Below, in pieces: positions 53,242 to 53,428 of a DNA stretch of 53,428 nucleotides. How positions within the stretch are numbered: the stretch's first letter is position 1; each line of letters begins with the position of its first letter. Source of the DNA: a virus. Lineage: Duplodnaviria; Caudoviricetes. Under the pieces are notes generated by a model. That model was not told where the DNA came from and did no database searches. It was given only the letters and a program-made list of their open reading frames with translations. Location of the stretch: IMG/VR virus record IMGVR_UViG_3300013285_000002, positions 1 through 53,428 of that record. The stretch is one strand, 5' to 3'. A program made the position numbers and the translations under genes.

Positions 53242-53305
53242 TGGAATTCTTTAGTGAGTGAGTGCAGCCACGACATCTTTGATGTGTGAACCAGTGGTTT
53301 TGACT

Positions 53306-53428
53306 ACGTTGTCAGTCGGCAAGCCTTGCAGGACTTTCGATTGATGACGCGATGTAGTCCGGGAATCCCTGTCTTCATTGAAAAGCCAGACACCTTTGAC
53401 GAAAGCGGCAACCGGAAAATGCTTTCCG
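53306..53428. repeat. Terminal direct repeat, right copy
   Basis: Identical to 1-123. Confidence 0.95.

Overview
The window is an apparently complete, circularly permuted temperate tailed-phage genome of about 53.3 kb. Bases 1-123 are identical to 53306-53428, and an ORF runs through that join. The architecture is podovirus-like; a Gram-negative/proteobacterial host is inferred. Rightward late region (1961-31340): TerS, HNH, TerL, portal, scaffold, major capsid, adaptors, tail fibres, an embedded lysis cassette, tail nozzle, and ejection proteins including a 2477-aa polyvalent protein. Lysogeny region: a tyrosine integrase and Xis, with a complete tRNA-Ser(UGA) inside the attP-like region. 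Control and replication: a recombination operon, a 434-like CI with no evident Cro, an iteron-bearing replication initiator, a DnaB-like helicase, RusA and a Q-position regulator. A separate leftward early block ends the window and includes an AAA+/VWA pair. The most striking feature is a RiPP-like module inside the tail operon: a tail fibre whose only cysteines form a C-terminal NCNCNCCCCC tag, followed by an Ig-like protein, a radical SAM/SPASM enzyme and two 2OG-Fe(II)-type oxygenases. Also notable are a promoter-driven, highly structured ~380-nt candidate ncRNA at 43870-44250 and dispersed ACAA-N6-TTGT operators. All calls come from reading motifs by eye; no database searches or folding programs were run.
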